Below are positions 27,576 through 40,129 of a DNA stretch of 64,000 nucleotides, piece by piece; the stretch's first letter is position 1, and every line of letters begins with the position of its first letter. The notes beneath the pieces were generated by a model, which worked only from the letters and a program-made list of their open reading frames with translations, was not told the DNA's origin and did not search any database. The stretch is from Octopus vulgaris (taxonomy: Eukaryota), in the NCBI GenBank assembly GCA_951406725.2, contig OX597814.1, positions 84,010,001 to 84,074,000 on the forward strand. Reading direction: 5' to 3'. The position numbers and the translations under genes were made by a program.

Positions 27576-29138
27576 TCATACACACATATTCATAAATGTA
27601 TACATACATACGTTGTGTGTGCTTTGTCTCAACCACTTTGTCTTTTACCCTTTCTTCTACCTTCCGCTCTTTGAGTATCTGTATATTTAAGCGTTCACTT
27701 TCTCTTTACCCACTCATCTCCCTTTCTCTCTTTCTCTCTCACTTCCCCTCTCTCTACACCTGTCTCTACCTTCCCCATTCCTCCCTCTCTCTCCCCTTCT
27801 CTCCCCTCATCTATAGTGATGTGTGTGTGTGTATGTGTGTGCGTGCATGAGTGCGCGCACGCATGTGTGTGAGCAAATATACATGCTTGTGCACTGTCGC
27901 ATACACAGACAAATACATTCTGTCACTCATGCACACACACACTTGTTCCCGCACCCACACACACATACCCGTGATAGAGAGAAGAAGAGAAATCCTGGAT
28001 ATTAACTTCAATTGGAAAAAATCTTATAGAGAATACATATCTACAATAGAGACTACAAAAACCATTTCCCAGCTGGATAAACCGATATAAATTATCTAGA
28101 CATTGGCTTTTTTTTTCTCTTAGATATGGACAGCTATATTAATTAGTGGTCGTTATTTATTTCTCAGTAAGCTTGTCCACAGTTGCCTTTATCATGGCAG
28201 ACAGCACCAACTGTAAAGCCTCGTTATGACATCTTTGAAGTTGATAAATTAGATCGAACCCAAATTCTGGTTGTGAACAGAATTCAGGCAGAGAAGGATT
28301 GCTGGTAGAAATGTATCAAGGAGGAAAAAAGTTGTCCCCTTGCAGAACTTGTTCAAGGCGGCGGAGAAAAAGTTACAATCCATTTATTTCACGAAAAGAG
28401 TTGGAGTTTTCCTCTATTTTTCTCGAAAGACCAACTAAAGAATGATCTGGTCACTGGATGGATCAGTATCATAGTCATTGATCAGGACAAGACTTATGGT
28501 ACCGTCTGCTCGGCTTTCAAGACTAGTCGTAAAGCGTAACGTTCATTAGAGTCAAAACGTCAAGAATCTATCCTCAGTACAAGGACCAGCATTACACAAG
28601 AGTGACAGTTAGAGGGGTTGCTAATGACATTAACTTCCAACTCGTTGTCACCATTTATCATAATACAGGCTGGTGGTGAGCGGAAAGGTGACGAGGAAAG
28701 TCATGCAGTTGATTGAAAGAGGTAAATATTGATTTGCAAGTCTTTACGATCTCTCAAGAACACAGGGTCATGCTGGAGCTGTTCTCTATCATACATGCAA
28801 TGACAAAGATTATAAGACTTGCGGTACAAGGCAGAAAGTCAGGTGATATGCTTGTATACACAAGAATCACTTGAAAGCTTTCTGACTCGAGTGTCTAACA
28901 AGAGAGAGAGAGAGAGGGAGAGGAGTGGCCGAAAGCAGCAACAATGGAGGTTGCTTTTCCAGCAGCAGCGCTAGTCGAAATACTGAAAATAGCAGAAAAG
29001 GTTACCCTATCTGTGTATCTTGTCCACCGAGCGAGTGAGGGCATATTGGTGTCTGTTTTTAAAGACCGAGAGCGAAATAAAACAGTAAATAGAAATAATG
29101 ACATACACAACTACTCGTAGGGTTGGACTACATTAGTT

Positions 29139-29557
29139 GGATCTTTTCGGTTTGAACTGCAGTTTTTTCTAGCAGTGTCATATGAAATTGTCACCCATAA
29201 TTATGACCCTAGTATCGATCTATTGCATTTCAATCTGTTTTAGGGTTAGGGTTAGGGGTGGGGGGAAGGGTATATTTTTTTCTTCAGAAATGTAAATAAA
29301 CCCAATCTGTTTCTTAAACGAGGGACATATTCATATGGCACAGAATGTTTTTTTACCTCAATAGACGTCATTGATTGGTTGAAATTGCAGAAATTGAATA
29401 AAAAAGACAACAAATATCTTACAAACTATAGAATTTTCTCAATAAAGCCAAGAGAAAAAGATGTTTTATAAACACATTCTACCAGTATACAAAGTTTAAA
29501 AGTGTTTAGTTACGTAGAAATTATCTTAAAATACTGCCGTTCGAACCGAAAATATCC
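29139..29557. mobile_element. MITE with GG-terminal ~26-bp TIRs and internal (TTAGGG)n; 8-bp TSD-like flanks (Merlin/hAT-like)
   Basis: GGATCTTTTCGGTTTGAAC..CAGT / ACTGCCGTTCGAACCGAAAATATCC. Flanks are CATTAGTT/CACTAGAT (6/8 match). Confidence 0.8.
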
Positions 29558-30213
29558 CACTAGATGGGTCAGCGCGAAACAAAGCTGTATGCAAGGGTCA
29601 TTGGACAGTCGAATTGACTTCTAGTTTGTTGTCACCTTTGTAGCGCAATATGAGCGAGGGGTCAGCACAGAGGAGACGAGGAACAATATGAAGAGGGAGC
29701 AGCTTGGATTTGCAATCCTTATGACTCACCAAAACCACAGGGCCAACCTGGAACTGTGCTCCTCCATGAGAGTAGAAACACCAGGTATTATAGACTGGTG
29801 GTGCAGAGAGAAAAATGTAGCTGTTATGTACGTGGCAGCTGAAGCCTTTCTGCTCTGAGGAAATAGAAAGACAAAGAATGTGTGCATCAAAGAGAAGCTA
29901 ACCAGCAACAGCAGAAGATCCCGGAGAGTTGTGTTCCGGTTGCACCACCAGTCGGAACCTCGGAAATGGCTTTGTCCTTGAATCCAGAAATGAATGTTGC
30001 CAATGTCCCACACACCGCAGTATCATTCCATCCCTCCTTGACGAGTGAATGGATGCTGGGCAGGACAGCAATATCAAGCCGTTTAAGAGAACAAGGAACA
30101 GGAGAACGACTAAAAAATGTTTAAACACACACAAAAAGGACTACGCGATATGAAGTTCATGGAAGAGAAACTGAGCATCATATCTTTTAGATCAGAATTG
30201 AGCGTCATAATAT

Positions 30214-30430
30214 ACGGAGGTGTGCTGAAAAGCTTCTGGCTTTGGGTAAAAGAAAATACATGAGGATCAGTTAATTATGAATTTTATTCAACATATTCCT
30301 CTCTTGGATTCACACACTTATTGCAGCGGTCCTTCAGTTTTTCTACGCCCTGTAAAAGAACTCGGAAGGTTGGGCCGCCAACCAGGCCTTTCGCGATACC
30401 CTTATAGCCAGGAACTTTTCAGCACCCCCA
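30214..30430. mobile_element. Tc1/mariner-type MITE
   Basis: TA|CGGAGGTGTGCTGAAAAGCTTCTGGCT ... AGCCAGGAACTTTTCAGCACCCC. Homologous to 41671-41885. Confidence 0.7.
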
Positions 30431-30530
30431 CTCCCCACATATATGTATAAACACACGCGCGCACGCAGGCACAAACTCACGTACACACATACACACATAA
30501 ACTCAAACAGACAGACAGACAGACATACAC

Positions 30531-30603
<73 letters not shown>

Positions 30604-30718
30604 TACATATTATAAAACAGAACCCAGAGTTTTGGTCTACGTCGGCTATAATAGAGAGGCAGTATTTTACATCTACGTCGAAAATATTCTGATGTCTAAT
30701 TTCACTCCTGTGAACATT

Positions 30719-30751
30719 TTCGTGAAGAAGGACTCTATCTGAAACGTTGAA
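30719..30751 (+). ncRNA. Degenerate minimal hammerhead
   Basis: UUC-GUGAAGA-A-GGA(CUCUA)UCU-GAAA-CG-UU-GAA. C3 is changed to G without a compensating change at position 8. Confidence 0.45.
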
Positions 30752-30817
30752 TTTTCCATGCTTCATAGCAAGTTTACCTCACTTACACCATCTGTCTGTC
30801 TATATCCGTCTGTTTTT

Positions 30818-30891
<74 letters not shown>

Positions 30892-31879
30892 ACACACATA
30901 TACACACACGTATATGTATATACTGTTGCAGAAGAGACAATGAGTATGGACAAGACCAACGATAACTTCACCGCCACCAGCTCAAAAACGAACATCGTCC
31001 TCAGTTAAATAACAAATTATAGCAAAGTGGTCAGAGCCACAGAAATTCTAAAAGCACAGAAGGAAGCTCTGAGAGAGCCTAAGAACTTCATACAAAAAGT
31101 AGGTTGGAGAGTCACTTTCAATGTCTACAGTTCAGTGCAAACACTAAGAAATGCACAATCACATACAGATGCATGGATGTAAAATGTTGGCGTGTTGAAA
31201 GGCTGAAACCGTCCAATATTTAACGCTTTCGTGTATAATACATGACTATATTGAATTGTGTTGTCCTCGGTGGCAAATAAAGAGATTTAGTTATTGTTGG
31301 TCTTGCTCTTCTCAGAGTGATAAATTGACGGAATCGTCAGGATGTTGGACAAATGCCACGTGGTATTTGTTCCGATTGCTTACATTGTGACTTTAAAATC
31401 CTGTCGAGGTGAAATTGCCTTTCATCCTTCCGGAATCGATAAAAAGAAGTATTAGTAAACTACTAGGATTGGTCTAATTGACAAACTCCCAACCAAAATT
31501 TTGGTTCGCGCCATATTACAAATTACTATTATTAGCATTGTCGCTCCACTGACGATGGGATAACATTGGTGGAACTATTAATGTTTGTGTTGGTGTGAAT
31601 GTTGCTATATATAGTGGAAGTGGTGAGGTATTTGTTATTCTTTCAGTATTTATTTAGTTTACACGTTTGTTGCTGTTATGTTTGTTCATGCTGTTGTTAT
31701 TGCAGTGATGTAATAGTTGGTTATGATGAAGGTAGTGATGATAGCTTTGAAAAAATAATCGCTTACAGTAATGTCGATGACGGTGGCGGCGGTGGCAGTG
31801 GTGGGTTAGAATGGAAGGCTTGTGGTATAGTTATTAACGATGCTTTAAAAATGAGATACGCTATGGTATCTATGAATTA

Positions 31880-32600
31880 AAGCACTGTTAGTGTTGTAAG
31901 AAAGTGACACTCTGTCATGTTTAGGAAGTAATACGGTGTGGTGTGTAGAAAACGTGACACAATGTGGTGTATATCAATGTGTGATACATAGGAAAGTAGT
32001 GTCTATTAAGTCAAACACTTCAGAAAATTAGACACTTTCTATACACTATACAGTGGGCTGAAAGAGGGAGACTATGTAGTGTCTTGAAAGTGAGACAATA
32101 TCTGATGTAATATACTGTGTGATGTATTGAATGTGTAACATTGTATAACGTACTATGAGACACAGTGAGGTGTACTGAAAGTGAGACATTGTTTAATGTG
32201 TTCGAAGTGAAGCAGTGTATGGTGTATAGAAAGCGAGGCGCAGTATGGTGTATAGCAAGTGGGAAAAGGGGACAATGTCTGGCATGCTGGATGTGGGACA
32301 CTGTATGATGTGTTGGAAATGAGACAATCTACAGTGTATAAGATGTGAGAAATTGTGGAGTGTTTAAAAAGTGAGATTGTGTGTGGTGGCTCTGAATTGA
32401 AACACTGTATGGTATCGAACATATTAAAATACGCTATGCTAGTTAAGTAATATGCCTAAAAAGTTAGACGTATATAGTCTAGAAAATAAAATGTTGTATG
32501 GTATATAAAAAGTGAGATGCTGTGTGCTGTCTAGGAAGTGAGACATCGCGTTGTTTAGGACGTGAAATATTGTGCAATGTCTTACAAGTGAGACACTGTT
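31880..32600. repeat. Degenerate ~26-bp minisatellite (GAAAGTGAGACACTGTATGGTGTATA-like)
   Basis: Recurring AAGTGAGAC cores at roughly regular spacing. Confidence 0.75.
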
Positions 32601-32844
32601 AGAGGTTTATGAGGTGGAACAAAGTATAGAATGATTCATGAAATGAGACATGGCATGGATAATAGGTGTCGTTGTATCTGTCAACGCTGTTTAATTCATG
32701 ACATAATAGAAGTAACATTTCCTGACGAGCAGCGGTCGATATAAGAAAGATAGGTAAGGTTGATGTATGCGATAGGAATGGTAGGGTTGACAGTGAAGGG
32801 AACATGTGATTTGTGATGGCAGATCAAAAATTGATCATAGAGAG

Positions 32845-33098
32845 CAGCGGTTTTCAACCTCTTTTGCACCGTAGAGCGGTTTCGTGCAAGACAATTTGTC
32901 CACAGACCAGAGAATCACGCGCATAACGAAACACTTTAAAGTGCATAATATAGGACTTAATTATTACTTATATAATACATATATAATGCAAAGAGACCCT
33001 GCAGACTGCGATAATCAATAAAATAAAAACAAAATTCAAAAATTTATACTTTCTGTATCACTGATATTGGTTCGCAGCTTGGTGGTTGAAAAACCTTG
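32845..33098. mobile_element. hAT-like MITE (degenerate)
   Basis: CAGCGGTTTTCAACC ... GGTTGAAAAACCTTG termini. No convincing TSD. Confidence 0.5.
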
Positions 33099-33311
33099 AC
33101 ATACAGTATTTGTTTGGAACAGAAGGAGCGAACTTAGAAATATTATCTCTTCCATCATATATAACATACATACATACATACATACATACATGCATACATA
33201 CATACATACATACATACATACATACATACATACATACATACATACATACATACATACATACATACATACATACATAGGTTATGATTTCCAAAATGGAGGC
33301 GAGCACCTTCT

Positions 33312-33431
33312 TCACTCTGATGAAGCTCCATGTTCCAGATCGGATGTATTATCAAATATGATAAATATTATTTTTAGAATTTTCAGTGGTAATACCATAT
33401 AACACTGGAAGTAGAAACAGCTGTTAGATGG
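33312..33431 (+). ncRNA. Type I hammerhead motif with long helix II
   Basis: CUGAUGA-A-GCUCCAUGUU...AACACUGGAAGU-A-GAAA-CAGCUG-UU-AGAUGG. Helix I is weak and bulged. Confidence 0.6.
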
Positions 33432-33577
33432 GATACAGTCTATTTGTATTGAATTAAAAAATAATAATTGATGTAAGTCAATTGTTGTTGATCAATATTT
33501 TGCCATTTTCTGTTTTCGTTATATATATATATAGGGTTCGAACTTCTTTCCTTTAATACCTCAGATATTTGATCTCT

Positions 33578-33668
33578 TCCCTGAAGACGGAGGCTCGTCT
33601 CACCCTACGATGGAATCAATCTACAAACATTATTTTGGACCGCCGAGCCCCCAGAAACAGCTGTTGGA
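33578..33668 (+). ncRNA. Type I hammerhead motif with long helix II
   Basis: UCC-CUGAAGA-C-GGAGGCUCG...CGAGCCCCC-A-GAAA-CAGCUG-UU-GGA. Confidence 0.65.
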
Positions 33669-33970
33669 TTTGTAATACTTTTCTTCAACCTCTTTAATTC
33701 TCTACATCACTTGTATTCTGTGTAAGTTGGACCGTTTTGCATGTAGACATACATTTTTTGTGTTTCATGCATTCAATACACTTTACATATTGATCTGTCT
33801 GACTTTGCTTATCCTTACATTTACTTCTATATCCGCTCAAGTTTAAATCTCTTCACCACTGCTAACTGTATTCTATACGGAGAATGCCTGATTCTCATCT
33901 ATGAACTATACACAAACATGCACACACATACAGGTATATACATACATACATACATACATACATACATACA

Positions 33971-34100
<130 letters not shown>

Positions 34101-34234
34101 AAAATAGTAAAGTGTGGAAAAACGACAGAAGGCTTAAATGTTAAAAAATATATATATTTGTGTCAAAATGTCTGGAGAATATTGGAAAAATTTTTTTTCC
34201 TTTTCCTTAAAATGACATAATTTTAAAATTTTTA

Positions 34235-34274
34235 AAGAAATTACCGGTTTCGCGTGTAGCTTTTCAAATTTCTT
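34235..34274 (-). ncRNA. Minimal type I hammerhead ribozyme (inverted copy of 36367-36406)
   Basis: Exact reverse complement of the 36367-36406 motif. Confidence 0.85.
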
Positions 34275-34411
34275 GTGACGTTATGTTTATATTGCATGGA
34301 GTTATCGTTGTTTTTATTTCCAGGAGATTTCTAAATAAGGGGAGGTAGTGAGTGATTTCTTCCGGTGTAAGGGAGATAATCGCTTAAAAAATTTTTTTCC
34401 TTTTTCCTTGT

Positions 34412-35325
34412 TAATTTCTCTGTGTCAGTATGTTCGGATGGTTGAGTCTGGGTTTGTACTTTTCAATGAAGAATGTTTCCTTGTTCAGTCTCATTTGTGT
34501 TGATGATCCGAAAGCACATTGGTAAAATGGGAAGATTAAAAATTGTGGCAGTAGTTGCTTTGGCATTTCTCAATGTGCTCACTAAAAGGTATCATTCTAT
34601 ATTCTGGGAATGCAATCTGTTGTCGATGCAGTGTGCATCTACGCCTGAGTGATAGTCCCGTGGAACCCACGTAGTCTTGGTGGCAGCCCGAGCATTTAAT
34701 AACATAAATTATGTTTTCAGAGGCACAAGTAAAGTTAGATTTGATCTTAAATTTCTGTCCCTCTTTAAAGAAGAATTCTGATCCTTCCAATAGGTTAGGA
34801 CATGTTGCACAGTCTGATCTACCACATTTTTTTACTTTTGCATCCGTAATTTTAGAAGACAATTTTGCCTTTGTGAGAATCTTTAAGTGATTTAGGCTGT
34901 TTGTAGCTTTTAATGATTTGGTGTATGTTTAGAATTTCCTTTAATTTGGGGTTTTTATGAAGTATTGGTAAATTCTGGGTGATGATGGTGAAGGCTTCTT
35001 TGTTTCTGGGGTTGTATGTAGATATGTAAGGTAGTATTTTCGGGGAAGTGTTGTTGTGTTGAACTTTTCTTAAAGTTTCTATGTTGATTTCTGTTGCACG
35101 TCTGATCCCATCCTCTATGAGTTGAGCTGGGTAATGTCTGTCAATTAGGGTGTTTTGAGTTCTTGCAGTCTAAGTTCCTGGTATTTTGTTCTGACACTAT
35201 TGTGCATATCCTTCTTGCAAGGTTGAAGGGGATGTTTGTTTTAGTGTGTCTTGGTGGCATGAATTAAAAGAAGGTATTTTTGGTCTGTGGCTTTGTAAAA
35301 AATGTCTGTTTCTATTTTAAGGTTA
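34412..35325 (-). pseudogene. Frameshifted inverted copy of the PLE RT/GIY-YIG coding fragment
   Basis: ORF 34536..34862 repeats the same peptide. Several 1-nt indels break the frame relative to the + copy. This arm extends a few codons further 5' (KIETDIFYK). Confidence 0.85.
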
Positions 35326-36231
35326 ATTTTTTACAAAGCCACAGACGCCAAACAATACCTTCTTTTTAATTCATGCCACCCAAGACACACTAAAACAAAC
35401 ATCCCCTTCAACCTTGCAAGAAGGATATGCACAATAGTGTCAGAACAAAATACCAGGAACTTTAGACTGCAAGAACTCAAAAACACCCTAATTGACAGAC
35501 ATTACCCAGCTCAACTCATAGAGGATGGGATCAGACGTGCAACAGAAATCAACATAGAAACTTTAAGAAAAGTTCAACACAACAACACACCTTCCCCGAA
35601 AATACTACCTTACATATCTACATACAACCCCAGAAACAAAGAAGCCTTCACCATCATCACCCAGAATTTACCAATACTTCATAAAAACCCCAAATTAAAG
35701 GAAATTCTAAACATACACCAAATCATTAAAAGCTACAAACAGCCTAAATCACTTAAAAAGATTCTCACAAAGGCAAAATTGTCTTCTAAAATTACGGATG
35801 CAAAAGTAAAAAAATGTGGTAGATCGAACTGTGCAACATGTCCTAACCTATTGGAAGGATCAGAATTCTTCTTTAAAGAGGGACAGAAATTTAAGATCAA
35901 ATCTAACTTTACTTGTGCCTCTGAAAACATAATTTATGTTATTAAATGCTCGGGCTGCCACCAAGACTACGTGGGTTCCACGGGACTATCACTCAGGCGT
36001 AGATGCACACTGCATCGACAACAGATTGCATTCCCAGAATATAGAATGATACCTTTTAGTGAGCACATTGAGAAATGCGCAAAGCAACTACTGCCACAAT
36101 TTTTAATCTTCCCATTTTACCAATGTGCTTTCGGATCATCAACACAAATGAGACTGAACAAGGAAACATTCTTCATTGAAAAGTACAAACCCAGACTCAA
36201 CCATCCGAACATACTGACACAGAGAAATTAA
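35302..36231 (+). CDS. Penelope-like element polyprotein, C-terminal fragment (RT C-terminus/thumb, Cys/His linker, GIY-YIG endonuclease); 5'-truncated
   Basis: The translation has FYKATDAKQYLLFNSCHP (PLE post-RT motif), a CGRSNCATC Cys motif, NIIYVIKC..C...YVGST (GIY-YIG), a conserved R/H region and E..FI..Y.P.LN. The Met at 35302 is an artefact of the inversion junction; genuine PLE sequence starts about 35327. Confidence 0.93.
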   Translation: MSVSILRLIFYKATDAKQYLLFNSCHPRHTKTNIPFNLARRICTIVSEQNTRNFRLQELKNTLIDRHYPAQLIEDGIRRATEINIETLRKVQHNNTPSPKILPYISTYNPRNKEAFTIITQNLPILHKNPKLKEILNIHQIIKSYKQPKSLKKILTKAKLSSKITDAKVKKCGRSNCATCPNLLEGSEFFFKEGQKFKIKSNFTCASENIIYVIKCSGCHQDYVGSTGLSLRRRCTLHRQQIAFPEYRMIPFSEHIEKCAKQLLPQFLIFPFYQCAFGSSTQMRLNKETFFIEKYKPRLNHPNILTQRN

Positions 36232-36366
36232 CAAGGAAAAGGGGAAAAAATTTTTAAGCGATTATCTCCCTTACACCGGAAGAAATCACTCACTACCTCC
36301 CCTTATTTAGAAATCTCCTGGAAATAAAAACAACGATAACTCCATGCAATATAAACATAACGTCAC

Positions 36367-36406
36367 AAGAAATTTGAAAAGCTACACGCGAAACCGGTAA
36401 TTTCTT
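36367..36406 (+). ncRNA. Minimal type I hammerhead ribozyme in the PLE 3' region (U3-A8 core)
   Basis: AAGAAAU-UUGAAAA-GC(UACAC)GC-GAAA-CCGG-UA-AUUUCUU: perfect 7-bp helix I, palindromic ACCGGU helix III, GUA site. Confidence 0.85.
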
Positions 36407-36597
36407 TAAAAATTTTAAAATTATGTCATTTTAAGGAAAGGGAAAAAAATTTTTCCAATATTCTCCAGACATTTTGACACAAATATATATATTTTTTAAC
36501 ATTTAAGCCTTCTGTCGTTTTTCCACACTTTACTATTTTCTTATATATTCACCCACGTGCTTTACCAAACAAACTTTCTTATCTATCTATCTATCTA

Positions 36598-36654
<57 letters not shown>

Positions 36655-37188
36655 GCATACAGGCACACACATAGAGAAAGATGTGTGTTACATACACATA
36701 TACATACAAACACGCGAATGTGCACGAGCACACACACACGCTCGTACGCATATTATTTTTGATTTAAGTAACATTCATCTTCATTGAATTATCAACTAGA
36801 TATCCAAGTAGATCAGTTATTTCTGCAAACAGCAGTAACATGTACCATTCAATAATCACAGTCCAGCTGGCGTCAGACATTATACTAGAACGTGCGAAGA
36901 TTTCCATTTTTTTTTCTTACGTTTTATTTTATTTTATTCTGTCTTGTTTTGTTTTGTTTTGTTTGCTGTTGGCTTTGATTCGTCCAGCTAGTGGCCAAGT
37001 GAAGTAACGAATCCAATCACACCTACCGTCAACACTTCGTGTGAACATTTCGAGCAGAAGCTATCGACGTATAAGGTCAAATGTCTAAATTCTTAGCCCT
37101 GTCACCACTGTCTGTCAGTGTACATACATACGAGTGAAACTCTTTTCCATGTATGCATATGTATGTGAGAGAGTGTGTGTTGTATATT

Positions 37189-37219
<31 letters not shown>

Positions 37220-37480
37220 GTATTTGTGAGCATTGTATAAATATGTGCGCGTCTCTGTTGGAATTGCTAGTCTGTTCATGTACCTACTTACGTCTTCCAT
37301 ATATGCACGCATCTGTTTTTATGCATTTATGTATGAATGTATGTATCTATGTATCTATGTATGAACGCATGTAGGTATGTGTGCATGTATGTATGTATGT
37401 ATGTATGTATGTATGTATGTATGTATGTATGTATGTATGTATGTATGCATGTATGTATGTATATATATATGTGCGCGTAT

Positions 37481-37806
37481 GAAGGTGCATGGCTCACTGG
37501 TTAGAGCGTCGAGCTTACGATCGTGAGGTTGTGAGTTCGATTTCCGGACCGGGCTGCGTGTTGTGTTCTTGAGCAAGACACTTTATTTCAAGCTGCTCCT
37601 GTTAACTCAGCTGTAGGAATGAGTTGCGACATCAGTGGTGCCAAGCTGTATCGACGTTTGCTTGGATAACATCAGTTGTGTGGAGAGGGGAGGGCGGTAT
37701 GCATGGGTGACTGCTGGTCTTCCATAAACAACCTTGCCCGGACTTGTGCCTCGGAGGTTAACTTTCTAGTTGCAATCCCATGGTCATTCATGACCGAAGG
37801 GGGTCT
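37481..37806 (+). mobile_element. tRNA-derived SINE family C
   Basis: TGGCTCA.TGGTTAGAGCG A-box, GAGTTCGATT B-box, TTCTTGAGCAAGACACTT core. Degenerate copy at about 49730-49935. Confidence 0.75.
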
Positions 37807-37857
37807 CCTCCTCTATGTGTGTATGTATGTGGGTGTTTGTAGCTATATCTCTCTATC

Positions 37858-38017
<160 letters not shown>

Positions 38018-38139
38018 CAAGATAAGGGAAAAAAAAAAATTCTAATGCCAAATATGCCGAAAAAAAAAAAATTTGTCAATAACCATTATAATTTATGCGT
38101 CTCGGAACAAACCGATAGAAATTTCTAAAAAAATCCGTT

Positions 38140-38202
38140 ATTACCGTATTGGTCCCAATTTCGGGGTTAATTCATAAGAATTTTCCCCTCTTCAGCGATA
38201 AA
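38140..38202 (-). ncRNA. Type I hammerhead ribozyme (inverted copy of 38711-38773)
   Basis: Reverse complement of the same motif, with one change at the distal end of helix I. Confidence 0.88.
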
Positions 38203-38710
38203 TACGTGAGATATAAGTGAAATACTTACTCATACCCATGGAAAAAGCAAGCACTAAGTCCTGAGCAAACCTAAGTACCCCAAATATATCCAAAATAGAA
38301 AATCTTCGGCACATCTCGAGACACGTGTGATTCGAACTAGAAACTTTCACAGAGTGAGAGAATCCGGAAGTGAACACTATTCAATTTATAATTAATGTAG
38401 GATTAAAATTTTTCGGGAAAAAAATTTTTATCAATGGCCAGCATATAAAAAAATACCTTTAAAGGTTAAATTTATAAATAATTTACAAGAAAAATTCTAA
38501 TGCCAAATATGCCGAAAAAAAGACAAAAATTGTCAATAACCATTATAATTTATACGTCTCGAAACAAACCGATAGAAATTTCTATCTCGTTTCTCGAGAT
38601 GTGCCGAAGATTTTCTATTTTGGATATATTTGGGGTACTTAGGTCTGCTCAGGACTTAGTGCTTGCTTTTTCCATGGGTATGAGTAAGTATTTCACTTAT
38701 ATCTCACGTA

Positions 38711-38773
38711 GTTATCGCTGAAGAGGGGAAAATTCTTATGAATTAACCCCGAAATTGGGACCAATACGGTAAT
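38711..38773 (+). ncRNA. Type I hammerhead ribozyme, canonical core
   Basis: GUUAUCG-CUGAAGA-GGGG...CCCC-GAAA-UUGG(GA)CCAA-UA-CGGUAAU. All three helices pair (helix I is 7 bp with 2 GU pairs). Confidence 0.9.
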
Positions 38774-39165
38774 AACGGATTTTTTAGAAATTTCTATCGG
38801 TTTGTTTCGAGACGCATAAATTATAATGGTTATTGACAATTTTTGTCTTTTTTTTCGGCATATTTGGCATTAGAATTTTTCCTTTGTCCTTATCTTGTAA
38901 ATTATTTATAAATTTAACCTTTAAAGGTATTTTTTGATATGCTGGCCATTGATAAAATTTTTTTTCCCGAAAAAAATTTTTTCCTACATTAATTATATAT
39001 ATATATATATATATATGCATGTATGTGTGTATGTATGCATGTATGCATGCCGTGTGGTTACTCCAACAGGACGTCATCCAATTCATGTAAAAAATAAAGA
39101 ATACACTAGCAAAAAATCAAAACAAAACTAGTCCTAAAAATATATATCTCAATCGCATACATCTA

Positions 39166-39570
39166 GGCACAGGCGTGGCTGAGTGGTAAGAAGCTTGCTT
39201 CCCAACCGCATGGTTCCAGGTTCAGTCCCACTGCGTGGCACTTTCGGCAAGTGTCTTCTACTATAGCCTCGGACCGACTAAAGCGTTGAGTGGATTTGGT
39301 AGATGGAAACTGAAAGAAGTCCGTCGTGTATATATATATATATGCATGTGTGTATGTATGTATTTGTGTGTCTGTGCTTATCCCCACCATCATTGCTTGA
39401 CAACTGATGTTGGTGTGTTTACGTCCCCATAACTTAGCGGTTCGGTAATAGAACCGATAGAATAAGTACTAGGCTTACAAAGAATGAGTCCTGGGGTCGA
39501 TTTGTTCGACTAAAGATGGTGCTCCAGCATGGCCGCAGTCAACTGACTGAAATAAATATAAGAATAAAAG
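39166..39570 (+). mobile_element. tRNA-derived SINE family B with central microsatellite, full-length example
   Basis: GGC.CAGGCGTGGCTG.GTGGTAAGAAGCTTGCTTCCCAACC..GGTTCAGTCCC head, (TA)/(TG) core, GGTGCTCCAGCATGGCCGCAGTC..TAAAAGA tail. Confidence 0.85.
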
Positions 39571-39823
39571 AAACCCATTTATATGAAGAAAAGGAGAAAC
39601 AAGCAAAATAACGATATTATTAATCTAACTGTCCTTCCAAATTTATTAATGTGCTGTATTTTGTAATGTGTGGTGGTGGTAATGTAGAACAGTGTAAACA
39701 TGTAATGTGATGGTAACATAGTGTGGTGGGAAAATGATGTGGTGGTAATGTGATAATGTAGTGTGATGGTAATGCAATTTGATGGTAATATAGTTTCTTA
39801 ATAATATCATGTCCTGGCAATAA

Positions 39824-40040
39824 GGCAGTGAGCCGACAGTATTGGTAGCACGCCGGACGAAATGAATGCTTAGCGGCATTTCGTCCGTCTTCATGTTCTG
39901 AGTTCAAAATCCGCCGAAGTCAACTTTACTTTTCATCCTTTCGGGGTCGATAAAGTAAGTGCCAGTTGAGTACTGGGGTCGATGTAATCGGCTTACCCTC
40001 TCTCCCGAAACTGCTGACCTTGTGCCAAAATTTGAAATCA
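39824..40040 (+). mobile_element. SINE family A
   Basis: Head, body and tail match the family. Confidence 0.8.
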
Positions 40041-40129
40041 ATATTACGTTTTGGCAATGTTGTTTGGCGTTATGGTTGCTGCTATGTATGCTCAGATGAG
40101 TCCCTGTGATAAACAGGTTGTTAGCCAAA

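Noticed and set aside
29240-29260. True telomere or telomere-fusion site
   Set aside because: Only three units, and they are internal to a MITE present twice in the window.
28440-30130. GC-richer duplicated segments (28620-28790 versus 29600-29770) and short ORFs as a gene
   Set aside because: They look like decayed repeat sequence split by a MITE, with no protein motif I can recognise.
35302-35326. Met start of the 309-aa ORF as a true initiation site
   Set aside because: It lies in the inversion junction and is read from the antisense of the other arm. The element is 5'-truncated and lacks the RT core.
37481-37555. tRNA gene (also the heads at 39166, 42334 and 63023)
   Set aside because: A and B boxes are present but the acceptor stems are imperfect and the sequence runs on into a repeated body. 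These are SINE heads.
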